Below, in pieces: positions 37,456-52,204 of a DNA stretch of 64,000 bases; position 1 is the stretch's first letter, and each line of letters opens with the position of its first letter. The stretch is from positions 17,886,563 to 17,950,562 of the forward strand of contig OZ316894.1 of the NCBI GenBank assembly GCA_973895155.1. Direction: 5' to 3'. A program made the translations under genes and the position numbers. This stretch comes from Marsupella aquatica. Taxonomy: Eukaryota; Plantae; Marchantiophyta. The notes beneath the pieces are model-generated. The model saw only the letters and a list, made by a program, of their open reading frames with translations. It did no database searches and had not been told where the DNA came from.

Positions 37456-38507
37456 ATTACTCTTTACTAGTTCTTGATCGAATGACGACTAGCATAGATT
37501 TGACATGTGTTATAATTCTTACACACATTACCATTCTCGCATGTGTTTCCTTTCTCACACGCATGACAATTCTTACACAAGTTTATTGTGCATCACTCCA
37601 CATGATCTTACAGTTCTCATCGTTGATCAATAAACATCATTCAATGACTAAGAATGACTTGTTGTCTTATTTTATTGTCCAAAGTACTATCCAAGCTTCT
37701 ATGTAATTTTGGCATCAAAGAATGTGTATCATTCCTGCAAATGAAGCAACACGCTTGCCACATGGGTGTCTTCAATCGTAGCACAAATGATAAGGCACAT
37801 TGCACAATCTCCACCACCGATAAGTAAAATCCAATGGATATGAATTGATTGATGACATAATTTTCTCCATATTCATAAATTTGCAAGAGTCTCTAACACG
37901 ACCAGTTGAGTGCAATCAAAGCCATTCTTCCAAAAACTTCCCGTGAACATGTTTACATGTATCTTATATTTTTCCTGGCAGTTTGCATAGATGCAAGTTA
38001 TGTTCACTAAAAATCAGATATACAAGTGCAAACCACACTAAAGTGTATATTTGCAATTCCCCACAAGTGCAAGAGAGATGAGTGACATCTTTATTAATGA
38101 GAACAGGCACTTTATTGCTTATTACCTTATATAGTAAACTAATCCATGAATTATGCTACCTAATCCTAGCCATCCTCCAGGTGGTATGTTACTATAAAAG
38201 GGCCAACAAAGTCTACTTTTAAGAGCCTAGGTCTAGAGTGAAGTCTCTAGACAGGAACTCTATGACCATCATGTGCGTGGAATGGTTATCATGTACATGG
38301 GAAAAACTAATGACTATGATGAATGTCAACTGATACATACAAAAATTTTATGATAATTTTTAAATATTTACATTAAAGAAAGGCGCACTCTGGCCCCCCC
38401 ACAATATATGTGCATACAAAGACTAAGGTGCATACAAAGAAGAGTGATATATTATGACTATTAAGCAAAATGATATATTATGACTAGTGATGGTTTTTTT
38501 TAATATT

Positions 38508-39343
38508 TAGTTACGGACCCCACTAGAGGTCCCTTCCAAAATTCCTGGCACCACAGCGTGCCACGTCAACAACAACCGCAACAAACAAGACTCGTCGGTT
38601 TTGTGAATTAAACGTATAGTTTTTATTCGTGTTTGTGTCAATTTGGGTGTAAATTTTGGGACGTCGTGCCATAAAAAGAAAAGTAAAAACATTGGAAATG
38701 CAAAGAGCAAGACAGTTAAAACTGTCACTATGTAACCGTTTTAGTTACATTTCCAATTTTAAAACTTAAATTCAAAGATTTATATAAAATATTTTTCATA
38801 TAATAAATAATGATTAATAACTAACTTGATAACTTCCTTGTTAAACCGCAACTCCCGGTATGTAAGGACCTCTTGTATTGTACGGCCATTAATACTGGGA
38901 AGAGCACATAGAAACCCATGATCGGGGAGGAGGAATGGCTGGAATCTTGAAAGTTCATTGAATTTTATACTCAAAACTATTTACTCATTCTCAAAACAAA
39001 AAATACCCAATCGTAGATCTCATTGAGATCTTTCTTTTGCACCCTAGATTGCCTTCTAACATGGATGAAAAGATTTTTAGAGGCGTTACAAAATGGATGG
39101 CAAAGATCGTAAAATCAATAAAATCGACGACTAGGAAGGCTTGATTTGTTTAATTTTTCATTTGAAAAATATTAACCCATTTGCAAAACGGACAGAACCC
39201 ATCCATAGATGTATTTGAGATGTTTCTTTTGAGCCATAGATTGGCCATTATGATGGACGGACGAGATTTCCGAAGATAAGAAATGGAGACGGTTCAGATC
39301 AACTCTTCCCCCTGATTTTATTAGCCAAGGGGTCCACGAACTA
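38508..39343. mobile_element. TAGTTACGGACCCC-family TIR element, copy C
   Basis: ATT|TAGTTACGGACCCC ... GGGGTCCACGAACTA|ATT. Shares ~330 bp with 9991-10323. Confidence 0.75.
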
Positions 39344-40323
39344 ATTAACATTCAATTCAAAGAATATGAATAGATAATATATTTTGATAATATTTTTATT
39401 TTACTCTCCCTATTCAAGTTCAAAGAATGGGTCGAGGAGGCTATTAAACTAAAGTTTGGAGTGCAAAGCACCTATCCAAAGTAGGTAAAATGGAAACTAT
39501 CCATGAGTGAGAAACAGGACCTTCATCCTGGGCCTTGTCTGATCAGACCACGGTTAACTTATTTTATAGTTCACCTGATTTACTTGGGTGTGAGTCTTCT
39601 AGATTTTGGGACAACTTCCGAAGGATTATGTTTGTACTCCAATATTTGTAAAGGATTGCAAATTACAGAGATTCACATATAACGAATCAGAAAAATCGAG
39701 CTAGTTCATATTGTATTGGCTAAAAGACCATCCTAAATCTTCAGGAAATACCTCACCACAAATCACCTCACAGTAATTTCACTGCAAGTCATCATCATGA
39801 GCGCATGCAATTTTAGCAGGAATTGATTGTGTACGATGGTCCCTCCAGTAGAAGCAGAAGGCAGGAAATTGTATGATGGCCCCGCACAATTGAAGCTTAA
39901 TACGAGATAATACCGCAGAATTCGAGGGACGAGCACTTCGTCTCACTTCAACTTCCAGTCATGTGGAGGCAAATGCCAATGTACAGTGTTATTTAACCTC
40001 AAAGAATGTCACTAGACCCACTTCAATGAATGCCGAAACTGCCCTAACACCTCCTACAACGGATTCCAAGCTTGGTTACGATGTATGACAGTAGGTCTTT
40101 GACAAATAACTATCATGCTCTCAAAAGGCTCCCCTAAACAAAATCAGGGAGCAGAATTTGTTTACATACATACTTTGGAGCATCTCCTCTCCCCACTCAA
40201 AGGGGCAAAAAATGTGAATATGTAGCCAATGCTGGTCTTCCAGAGAACCTAAAGAATACCCAACAGATTTGGCTGCCGTGGCCGCATGCTGATTGAACAT
40301 GCGAATATATGGACAATGACGGT

Positions 40324-43300
40324 TTAATTCTTTGGATTACTTCTTGGCTCTTCTTGTTTGGATGCATATGAATCCACTATGGAAAGACACTTGCTAATTG
40401 TTGGACCATCCACAAGATGATGGTTCCATAATTTCACCAGAAACAGCATCAGACACCTGCACACGTACATGAATGGATAATGGTAATGTTCAAATACACC
40501 AGGCTTACTAATAGTTAGGGCCAGAAACTGGCTAAATTTTAGGTTTGCCGCCTCAAAGACTGTACAAGTTGCAAGATGGCAGATGGCCAGAAAATATGAA
40601 TACATGAAAGGTTACTGGGAAGAAAAATAATCAAGAAGAACCTCTATTACCCCTACCTTCGAAGAGCTGGATTCTCCCCAAACCGTTGCCCATTTTCCCT
40701 AGAAAACTCTCCACATGCCCATGGACAATGACCGTCTGCCACCACTCTACAGACAATACAAGACAAAAAGAAGGAATCAGTCACAGCAACGATATGGGTC
40801 CTTTAACACCGCTCGTTCTTCGACTTCTGTACAACCGATGGTAAATGCAATCGCACATTTCAGACATACCGATTGCGACGGACAAACGAGTTCCAAAGAT
40901 GCATGATCTCCTTCTCCTCAGGAGTGACGTCCACAAAATCATCCAACATCTGTGATGATGTCCAAAGATAAAGCATAAGGGTACAGTCAGTTAAAATGAA
41001 GTCCAAGTAAAAGACGGCTTTTGAAATTCTTATTTCCTGAAATGTAAACCGTTGGCAACGAAAAATCTCAGCAGGAACTTCAATTTCCAACCAAAATGGT
41101 TCAGTAGCTCACCCGGCGATCCTCCAAGTCTGCAATGACAGGATCAACTTCGTCCTCACTGTCCCTGTCCGCAAAGAGTTGCTCCACATCCATAGGCTGC
41201 AAAGTTATTCCACGGGTTACATCCTACCACAGATCTTACAGTCTTCAAAAGTAATCAACAACCTAACGAAATTTGGTCAGAAAACTTGCAACACATCCGG
41301 GAAGACAGAAAAATTGGGAGAATGACCCTATCAGGCAATTGTTGAATTGGGACAGAAGATGAGATATAAAGAGCACACCTGAGCAGTATGCGAATGGAAA
41401 TATTGGCGTTTTTGCAGAAGAGCATGTCTGGGACCGATATTACAAACATAAAGGTGGGGTTAGATACAATGTGAGGCGAGCTTAATCATGGGAAGGCAAA
41501 TATCAAATATTGAAGCAAATCTAGAAGTCAAGCTTCCTTACGTGCGTGGGACGTCCGGGCGATCAGCAGCAGCCTTGTTCGGGATAGATAAACCTTGTTG
41601 CTGCCCACAATCATCTAAATCCTGCCCACCAGCAGAAGCACATGCTCCTCCAAAAGTAGGGCCTGGATGAGACCGGGAATGTGCCCTCTCCCCTAAAACA
41701 CCTTTCATGCGTTGCCTTTTTTGGGCTTGTGCACTTCGCTGTTTCCCTACAAGTCCTAGGCCATCTGTATCTAGTGGTTTTCTGTGTTCCTGTTCCAAAG
41801 AAATGTTGTCCCCATGCTGCTGCAACCCGTTCATGCTGATTCCATTGGGGACTTTAGTGCTGGGTTTTATTGAATCTCCCAAACGTGTCTCAGGATGAAC
41901 CAAATCAGCAGTTGCAAGGGGAGCATTCCAATTATGATCAATTAGTTCTCCGGTTTGGTGCAAGATGGGCCCCCCTTGCACGTGTGGTTTCTCAGCAAGG
42001 TCAGAAGCTCCCTGTAACCGCAAAGTGTGTGGTGATTGCCCATTTTGTAAGTCACTTGAACTTATTGGTAGCCTTCTGCGTCTTAGCGGACTTTGCGGAA
42101 ACCTGTTTAGTCAGGAAAATATCAATAAAGTATACAAACGCAACAGTAATTGAACTTCTGAGTCATAATTACTAAAGGAACCTCACCAATAGGAGAAATT
42201 TTTCACGCGAGGGTCACTTAGACCATCCACATCCCGAATATTGCCCTGCAATCACAAGGTATAAAAACTTTAGCCCCCATCACCACACTCTAAATTGTCA
42301 AGGGCAACCAAGAACTACACGGTATACTAAAACAAAGCTTCCTTCGTTTCGTTTAAAGTGCATACGGAGCACAATTATGCAAAGCGCTTCAAAATCCCTA
42401 AACGAAGACCGGCGACAAAAAGCATTTAAGGTGAGAGAAACCTTCAATCCTTCACCGGCAGCCAACATTCGACAGCATAAAATTAAGAAACCAGATAACT
42501 ATCGAAAACAAGTATCCGAGCTTTCGAACGGCTAGGCAGGCAGCATCAAAAAATTAGGCAAGTAGATCACCTGAGGACCCACCACCTCAGGACGACATGT
42601 GACATTCACCACCTGAAGCTCTCCAGATACCTGGAAATTTATTCAAAAGTCACTGGGATTAAAGATTTTATCATAGTAAAGAAATTACACGCCAACATCC
42701 ATGAGAAGAAAATATAGACTAGCCGTTGAAAAGTATACAGAACTTGTGGCTTTTTGGATAGTGCTTCCATAACACTGACCAAGTACTCAAAGTTGAAGAG
42801 GTCGTGGGAAGCATTTAAATGACCCCGCAAACCCTACAAACCAAAACAAAAAAGAACAGGGTACAAACACGTTAAAAACAATCCACATATAGATAATTTG
42901 GAAACGTGCAAGTGGCATAAACATACTGGAACATACAAATACAAGAAATTGGGAAGGGAGAGAACTCAATAACTTAACACCACTTTCAATGATCTGAACT
43001 TAATCTCTATGCAATCCTTTCATCTAGCCAATGTGTCATTTATTTTCCAAAAGTGGAAAGAGGGGCACCTTGAAGCTAGCACACCGATTTAGACAAAAAG
43101 GACACGAGAAGTTTTCAGTAACTGCAATATGCCAAATTCACAACCAGCAGGAAGATTAATTTCTCCCCAAAGTGACCACACCTAACGTAACCATCTCCAG
43201 AAGTGAGACTACAGACATTTCTATCCACGAGTCACGACATATCCACACTTCCGTGAAGGTGGTCTACCTATTTTCAGATAACATTATACACAATTTAGCA

Positions 43301-46300
43301 GTGTTTCATCAAGCATTAGGACTCAACATAAACATAAACATCGATAGAATAAGGACTACTGTCCACATGTTGATAATGTGAATAAAAATACCTAGAATTT
43401 TCTTAACCAAAGATAAGCAGGTAAATTCTGAACTAATTAAAAGGTTTTCAACTCTGACCTTCTGTTTTTCGCAGCATCCCATGGTAGTACAGGTAATGAA
43501 AAACCACTCTTCCAATCCGTGGCCTGCTGTTCGTAAGAACCAAAATGGCACAATCACAGTGAGATCCAAAACATTTCACCCAAGCATGGCCATTGTGATG
43601 CACCTCAGGGGCTTGGGAAGGGAGACAAGTACCAGATGACCAACGAAGAGAAGCTACGAATCAAACCAAATTGCAAGCTTTCCAAACGAGCCTTTACCTC
43701 CATGCATGTGAGAGGGAGTGAGGCACAGCGGGCTTGGGAATTGTTCCATTGGTAGGTCTTCCCTTAGGTGAGGTCTGTCCAACTTCCGCTCCAAAAAGTA
43801 GGACTTGAAGTTGCACCTGCAGATACTTACCCGAACGTGAAACCCTTTTAAGTACAAACGAATAACTTAACGATTGTAGAAACTAGAGAAATCTCGAGTT
43901 ACAATCCCCCTTGACGATCGATTATGCCGGTCGAAGTAGCTGAACACGCACTCCAATGAGACTCAATATGACTGGCCCCTGAACTCAAACGTAAACTTGT
44001 CGACAGAGTATAAGGACAGCAGAAAGCCAGAGCGACGAAGGTCGACGCAGCAACTAGCGATACATATATGAAGACCGAAACTTTTTCAATTAAGCTGCTT
44101 TATCATTCTCAACACATGCAAAACCCGGCTCTATAGACATCTAACTGCTTAACTGAAAGTTAAGCTCCCACCAGACTCCTCTCTGTGCTTGTTTTGGCCA
44201 TTGTTGAGATCCTAATAGTCTTGCCCGCGATTGAATCTTCATGCTGAAGTCACAAAATACGAAGTCTGACATGTGAGTGCACGTCCCAAGCAAAAATTAG
44301 GAGACCCGCACAGCAAACGCACCACCAAAATCAGAGCGGGAGAAGATGGAAACCATATGAGGTTAACTTATAACAGAGTCATGGGGACTGTCATTTACAT
44401 GCGGGCATGAGCAACAAAGTACAAAACGCCATAACGTTACATACTAAGACATCTCTTACCAGGTAAGATACACTACAACATTTCTTTTGTTCTTCACAAG
44501 CTACCCTCAGAATCCCAAAATCAAGTGATGAGACAATGATCAAAGATGAGCAACCTGCAAATTTCCATGCCGTAGGTCGACATTTACAGTGCTCTCTACA
44601 CCATTCCCATCAAGTGTATTTTGTTGGGCATTGTCCTTGGTACTCCTCAGCCACTTCAGACATAGAGACGAAATTGCCAATTTTCCCCAGACAACAGGTC
44701 CAGTGGAATTGTCTGAAAGGAATTAAAAGTATGGGGTCAGGATACGGGAAATATACTCAATACAGAACTAAAATACCATTTTTTCCCGTGGCTAAGAAAT
44801 GAGAGGATTGCAAGTCATCGTTCTTCATTTTCAATTCACCAGTTCATCTTCGGGTGGGAAAAACACTAGAAAAAGGGGTTGGTTTCGCCGCCTTGGGAGT
44901 CAAACTCCAGAATCTGGTATTCAAGGATGAGGATATGGTTCAATCCTCGAAAGCCACAAATAATAGCAAACTTATTGAAAATAAATTCTCACCAACGGTT
45001 GCCGCTGGCGAGCCTCTCCCAACATCAGAGTCTGGAAGAGAAAGGAACCAAACTTGAGTCCATCGGCCTTTACGCTTAAGGTGCAAAGTTGTGATCAACC
45101 TAAATTGGTAAAATGATACCAAACTCCAAAGAAACCCTACCCTATGTGATGAAGAAGGAATGATAACCATACATGTTGAGCAGGTTTCTTACCACCAATA
45201 ACAAAGAGGACAACGTCGTCATTATTTGCATCCTGCACCAACTTTCTGAGCTCTCGAAGGATAAATGAGACTCCACCTGATGACGAGTGGTGACTTCCTC
45301 CAAAATTCAAAGTCTGCGTTGGTCGTAGTTGGTACACAACTTGGTCCTATACACCCCTATCCATCAGTCTGTGCTTCAATCTATACGGAATTTTTTTAAC
45401 TTCTCTATACAAAGTCTTAGTCGTTGTAATGAAAAATAATATATTTCGGACGAGAAAGCACTCAATGGTGGACAATAAAGTTCACCTCTGAGGGAAACCC
45501 TGAAGGCACTGGTCGCGTCACCATCATCAACACAGAACGCATAAAAGTCCCATTGCTTGGCACTGCTTCCTTTCCCTTTGGTCTTCCCGTTGCATACCCA
45601 CTGACTGAGATAGTCAATTTTATCCTGGCATCAATTAGAGCGCGGTAATGAAAAATTCGCTGAATTGTAGTGGGGTAGATTTCAAACTCCTCGTTCCTCT
45701 TAACTGTTAGGAAAACGGTTCATGAAAAAGGTAATTTTATCAAAGCCACCAGGTATACAGCCAAAGAAGTTTTGAAATCTATTGGAAGACAACCACAAAC
45801 ATCGGCTGTACTTCGCAAGTAGTTTCAAAAACTCCGCACACATTTAGAAGATTTTAAGACAGCGCACCTGCGTCGCAAAGCTGCATTTATTTTGTAGCTC
45901 AGACATCGCTGGAGGAACAGAGGCTGCGATAAGAAAAAACCAACTTTACTCAGGAGAACATGTGCAGATAAGAACGTACTATTCGGGATAAAAACATAAC
46001 ACCTACTGGAGACACCTTGCCACTAACGCACAGATCTAGGCATCAGGGCTATCCTTCAACAGCTAGAAATTGTTGTAAAAAGAATAACCATAGCTGGCGA
46101 ATCATTCCATAGTAGAGACAAGTTTGGCACTTCATTTATTAGAGATTAAGTAGTGGAATGGTGCTTCTACGAATTGTCAACCAGAGCTCTAGTTCAAGTA
46201 AAAAGGTTGACATCTCTTCAATTGCACTGTATGGTCCCGAGGAGATGAAGTTATAAGTTAAGAAACCTTTTGAAAAAAACTATATTGTGACTAGGATGAA

Positions 46301-46764
46301 TATCGCCCCGAACGCATCTTTAGTCAGGATAGAGAAATTCACTGTAACCATCTGGTGAGCAACAGGATAAAGCTCTCAATCAAAAGGCATCGAAAGTAGT
46401 TATAGTGGGATCAGCCACCGATTCCAATTGCCACCAGAAGAAATAAATTCCGAAAGCAGAATATGGGTCTGTGGGACACATAGGGGCTGCGAGAATGTGT
46501 TCAGTGTATTTACTCGGTGGGGAAGAGACCTACTTGTTGCTTAGACCGCTCTTGGATGATATTGTACAGCTCTACTGGTTTGCAGTATAATGAGAGACTT
46601 TCTTCTGCCTGTTTCTCGTCCAGCGAGCTGATCCAGTGAGTGCCCTTAGTTCCATTGGGTAAGTCCTTGGGAACCCCATTTCTGTAAGAATTAATCTTCT
46701 CCATTTGGTCCACATTTTTTACGCAAGTAGCACGGGGTTGGTATCCCCGAGGTCCACCATTCAT
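40324..46764 (-). CDS. EMF2: Polycomb PRC2 subunit Su(z)12 homolog (EMF2/VRN2 family; C2H2 zinc finger plus VEFS box), multi-exon
   Basis: ATG at 46764; AEESLSLYCKPVELYNIIQER; PLFLQRCLSYKI; VTENFSCPFC...GLRGHLNASHDLFNFEY; LLQKRQYFHSHTAQ; DRDSEDEVD..IADLEDRR; MLDDFVDVTPEEKEIMHLWNSFVRRNR; VVADGHCPWAC; LVKLWNHHLVD; stop at 40324. The motif-bearing exons are bounded by GT-AG. Confidence 0.93.
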
Positions 46765-48752
46765 CCGTTCCAATCACCTGCAAAACAAATGCAGATGCAC
46801 TGACAATTTAGGGCAGTGCCAGATTCTTAGAGTGAAAGATGTACATCACCAGGAACGTCCATGAGGTGCGAGCTGCCTTGACGGAGGCTGTACTTAATTT
46901 CAACACACTGAGGATCTGCCGAAAGCCCCTTCGAAGCTGAGAACGTAGCTGGCGTTTTGTGACTCAGGTTGAAAAGTCGGGAACCTAAACCCTGACCGAG
47001 AGGTTTGAGCGGCAGTGAACTCAAGTAGTGAGTGCAGGTGGCCAGCAGAATAGAATCAAAGATAATAAATTTGCTTTCTGTCAATTAAGCAACGACGAGA
47101 CTAGCTGAAAATACACCGAAGGACCTCACGGCTTGTAGGAAGAACGTTAAATTTCGAATCTCCCAATGTTCGCCAGGAATAACAAAGCTGAAGAGCGCCG
47201 TCACAATCTTAATCGAACGCCTAAATTTGCCCCAACACACAAACTTCGGCCTGGTCTCAATGAAGTAAAACAATCCCAAGCAAAAACAAAGGAAGCGCTA
47301 CTTCGGCACTCTTTACATTCCGGGAATGGGAATGCAGGTGCGCTCGAAAAATAGACAGCCTGATCCAAACGGAGAAAACATTGACGCAGACCAGACATTC
47401 TACCTCCTCCGCCACAAAACATTCTACGAGTACAGTGTAAGCATTGTTGCAGACAAGTCGGGCCCAACTCCTCGACCTAAACTTCACGAAACGGAAGAAT
47501 TGTTCGAAGAAAAGTCAATAGCAACTCACTTGTTAAACATGCGACCGGGGCAGTTCAGATGGACTCTGCTGCTGCCGTTTTTTCGTACTGAGGGCTCCTT
47601 CCCTCGATCGGGGACGCACTATCCAAGCATTCCCCAAAACCAACTTCCTACCAGCACCACCACGCACGTGCGCTCGCCAATCCCGTGCTGCTGCGCGCTG
47701 AAGGCCACCAATTGGACTCAAGGAAAAAGAACTGCTGTATTCCGATAACGATCGTCAGCGAGAAGTCATTCTCTCCTCCCCCGACATTCTTTACAACCTT
47801 CGGGTTCTCATCTTCTTACAGCATTACTCCTCGAGCACGCCAAGCCATGCCAAGCCACGCCACGCTACGAAACGCAACGGGCATTGACGACGGCAGAGGC
47901 CTCAACTCGACTCAACTCAACACAAACTCTCAACTCTCAACTCACCGAACATCAATCTTTAGCGCGCCCTTCCACCTCTTTCAAACCCAAAAAAAACCTC
48001 GAGCTGCACATGACGCACACCTACAGTAGTAGTAGTAGTAGTACACGCACCTACTTCAACCGCTCGCTGCCTCGCTCGCTTCCCTTCCCTTCCCTTCCCA
48101 CTACTGCGAACCGCCAAACCTGGCGACAGATGAGAGAGCGCACATTAGGTGCAGAAGTTAGTGCAGAAAGAACGATTAGCTTTGGGCTTCGTCTGCCACG
48201 GACATGCTCGATTCCGCGGTTCCGCCCCCCTCCCCTCACGGGCGACCACGACAGATCACTGACTGCTGTAATGTGGCAGCCAGCAAGCAACAACTGAGAC
48301 TCGTCCGTAACAATAAATTAGTAATTGTTTATGCTTCTGGACTACGACTTTGGCCCATTTATAGTGACACTGTACTTTTCCCAGACTTTACTCTCGTCGC
48401 TTCCACTCTCTCGATCTTCTCGTGACGACCGACCTATCGTTAGCCCAATGCCCCAATCGTGTAGTGTATTATTTTTCTCCCTTTTTTAAGACCTCGTTAG
48501 AAGTTTGATCGGGTCACTAGCATATCATATCTTAATCGTAGTGCCCTGGTGATTTTTCTCTTTCTATCTCAGGGCAATTCTCGGAGCATATTGCCCATGG
48601 TAATTTTTCCCCTTTGCAGGGCATTCTCAGAGCACAACGCCCTTGTCATATAGCAGTGTCATACCATGGGTATTTGGGAAAGTAAGGATTTGTCAATATG
48701 GATCATTTCTTTAGTAAGATTCTACTCTACTTTTACTAAAGTTAGAAAAAAT

Positions 48753-49435
48753 TAGTTCAAGGACCCCTTGGTTATGTATGTTTGACATTATTTGGAACCA
48801 TCATGAAGAGTTGCCTATTGGAATAGGTCTCAAATGGAGATGAGTGGACAAAAAGAGAAGATTATTTGTGTTAATAGTCCATGCAAAATGTTCTTTAAGC
48901 ACTATTGTATGTGGGCATGCAGTCTATGTGATATTCCATAGAGTCCATGCAAATTATTAAAGTAGCTGAAACGTTTCTTATGCTCCCTTGGTATTGTTGT
49001 GTCCATAGTACCAGAAAGGTTTCTTATTGTCCCTTATATATTCCCTTGTCTGTAGTAGCCAAAGGGTTTCTCAGTGTTCCTTGGTATCCCTTTGTCCTTA
49101 GTAGCCAAAATGTTTCTTATGTTCTTTGGTATTCCTTTGTCCATAGTAGCCAAAGGGTTTCTCACCGTTCTTTGGTATTCTTTTGTCCATAATAGGCAAA
49201 GCATTTCTTATGTTGCCTTGCCTTGGCAAATATTACAGTAGGTGAAGAGTTTCTTTCTATCCATAGTTGTTAAAAAAATTGTCAATTAAATAGAATTTAG
49301 ATCGACAATTTACTGGAAAAACTGATTCATCAAACGTGGCTCATCCAACAATTATTTTCTTTCAACCCTCTCTTTATTTATTTGAAGTGTTACTTTTCTC
49401 TTTTCTATTGTTTTTATAGTTACGGGGTCTAACCA
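48753..49435. mobile_element. Inverted relative of the TAGTT..GGACCCC TIR family (copy D)
   Basis: TAGTTCAAGGACCCCTTGGTTATGT is the reverse complement of 37431-37455. It carries the same subrepeats in inverted orientation. Confidence 0.65.
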
Positions 49436-49599
49436 TTTTTCTTTGTCTGGCTTGCCTCAAATAAAAATAGTCATGTTTGGTTCTTCTTGCATAATTAACT
49501 ATTCTTGTTTGTGACCAATAGTGCTGATGTGATTGCACTTGCTTTCAGTGCTTTTGGAAAGAATTCCCATGGAGGTACCCAAATAAATTTCTCAAATCT

Positions 49600-50350
49600 T
49601 TACGGACCCCCATGGAAGTTCCTTCCAAAATTTCTAGCATCACGTTGAGCCACATCGTCAGTTTCACTCACAACCCAGAACAATGATGTTTTCAAGAAGG
49701 AGCAAACACTTAGAAACTAAGGAATTCCTACTACGAATTGAAAGGTCCTTGACAAAATCTATGAATGTTAGGTTCATTGGAAAGCTAAAGAAACTAAAAA
49801 ATTCATCATCTCTTAGTATTTGACAACTCTTTCAATGTTACTTTCATTGGAAAGCTAGAGAAATTCAGAAACTAATGATCTCTCTTATACTTGAAGAATA
49901 ATCCCAATGTCACACATTAGGAAGCTAGAGAAATTGAAAAACTCATGATTGATCTCTTTAGTACTTGACAAAATCTGACATGAAATTTGTCAAGTTGGAC
50001 TCAATGCTAGAAAGCTAAAAGAATTCATGAACTAGTGATCTTTATAATACTTGACAAAATTTCTTAATGTCACATTCATTGGAAAGGCAGATAAATTCAA
50101 AATCTCATTTGATAAAATTTTGCCAATATGAGGCTCAATGGAAACCTAGAAAATTGGTAAACTCGTGATTTCCTTGGTACTTGACAAAATGTACCAATGT
50201 GATGCTCATTCCAAACCAACATAAATTCAGAAAATTATGATCTAGTTTCTCACTCAACTTCCAATAAACCTTTTGTGCTAAACACTTGAGAGACATTTTA
50301 GAAAATCATAACATTGAGAATGAATCTAACATTGACAGATTTTTTGATGG
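49600..50350. repeat. Transposon-derived ~60-70-bp subterminal repeats (CATTGGAAAGCTAGAGAAATT / ACTTGACAAAAT)
   Basis: Starts with TTACGGACCCC like the TIR family, followed by ~7-8 degenerate units. Confidence 0.6.
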
Positions 50351-50807
50351 TCAACAAGATCATGGACCCTCAACCCATTTGGTTCCTATAACTTTGAGAA
50401 ATGGGTTGAGGGCCATTTGGACTCAAACTTCCAAGTTAACTACAATAAAATATTGAGAGGAATAAAAAAGAATCTGGAAATGACATTCCCCTATTGGAAT
50501 GTTTGGGTTGGATTCATAATTACACAATGATTTGGAGACAGGTAGTAGATAATTCACGAGTGACTATATGGAGAGGATCTATGATGAAGTTGAGTTAGAC
50601 AATTAACTTCAACTATCGTGAATGTACAAGGGATTCAAAATTAGGGAGAAGTAGGATGAGCCCTAATACCGAGAATGATGCAAATTCTTTCTCTTCCAAG
50701 TTGCTCAATGATTCTATATACATGTTTTGTTCACATGATCGTAGGTGGTCACGTACATAAGACTCATGCAACAAGGCATATGACCCCGCACATAACTTTG
50801 ATACAAT

Positions 50808-52204
50808 AAACCTATCCGTAAACTGGTCTAACCCTGGACCAGTCGTGCGCGATGAGCAAAAATTGGTGCACGGAATCCAAAATTAAGCATCAACAGTTTC
50901 CCGCAATCCAATGCCGCACGAAACTTTTTTTCGGACCAAATTTACTCAAAAAAACTTTCGCAAAAGTTAACCTTAGTTTGTTGACTCCGGTTAGAGTATG
51001 AGTTTAGGGCATCGTTCAGTTGTTCCCCTCTTCTCCTCCCGGGCCCCGCACTGGCTTTCTTTGGGATCAGGAGCTGATGAGCGACCGGGCCCCGCACTGG
51101 CTTTCTTTGAGAGCTGATGAGCGACGGGAAGAAAAGCGAGCGCGAGAGCAAGATTGAAGCTATGGATCCAAGCACAGGTAGAATATCCTCAATCTGGTTC
51201 AGGTGCATGGCTAGATGATTGAATTGTTTTCCTTCAATTTGGCTACCATTGGTGCATTTTTTGCGCTTTTTGGCTGTCTGTGGAAAGGTTCACTTTGAGT
51301 ATCCGTTGTCCAGTTTGAGTATCATGGGATTGCAATTGGTAGACACAGGAGGTCTTTCTCTTTCTTGGTGCACAAAGTAGGACCTATCATGAATCACTTG
51401 TCTAGCTAGCGGAGTGTGTCTGTCTCGGTGTCCGTGATCAAATTAAAAAACTCTTGCTGGATGGAGCCGTCTCGAAATGGATTTTTTTGGAAAACTGAAA
51501 AACTAATCATTAATCTAGAAAACTCTCTCGTCGTAGCTTGACTGAATGACAAAAGATAAGCAGAATCTTTGGGCCCTACTCTGGCTACTCTGAAGCACTC
51601 ACTTCACTTTAGTGGTTAGCTCAAGAATCTTGGGGCTGGATCAAAATTTACCAATTGCTTGCTTTGTGCAAATCAGGATGAATCAATTTTGATGTACGTC
51701 TGCAGTCAGGTTCCTCTTGATCTCAATTCCTATTGCGCTTCCATCACACTGCCATTAAGCTTCTATTCGAATTAGCATTTCCTATTGCACTTCCATCACA
51801 CTACCAAGCTTCTATTCGAATTAGCACTTACTAAAGTCCCGTTGCTGAATCATTCCCTGCTCCCGCAAGCGCGGGGAATTAAGCGATGCGGAAGGCAAGC
51901 GCAGGGCAATTCTCATTCATTCTTAATTAAGAGTCAAAGATTGTCCAAAGTCTTTGGAATCATCAACGCCATTCCAAGAAATCCCATCCACTTAGAGACT
52001 TACATGTGTCGCACTCTGGACTTGCCCATGGTTACATTGAGTCAAAGTTAATTAACCTGGGTCAAATTTAACTACTAGTTTGAACTCTTTTCAAAGATGT
52101 ATGAAACGTGCTGGCAGTTTACGTATAGTAAGGGGCTGACAAAGTTTAGGAGAAAAAAAGCAAAAATGTGCACTGAACAATGGATTAAGTTTACGGATAG
52201 GTTT
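50808..52204. mobile_element. Non-autonomous TIR DNA transposon (~1.4 kb)
   Basis: Perfect 17-bp TIR AAACCTATCCGTAAACT / AGTTTACGGATAGGTTT, flanked by AAT(A) on both sides. Internal short tandem duplications at ~51040-51125 and ~51728-51830. Confidence 0.8.

Noticed and set aside
40324-46764. Functional link between EMF2 (PRC2) and the DNMT/PHD retroelement
   Set aside because: They are 30 kb apart with unrelated genes between them. Nothing in the sequence supports more than coincidence.
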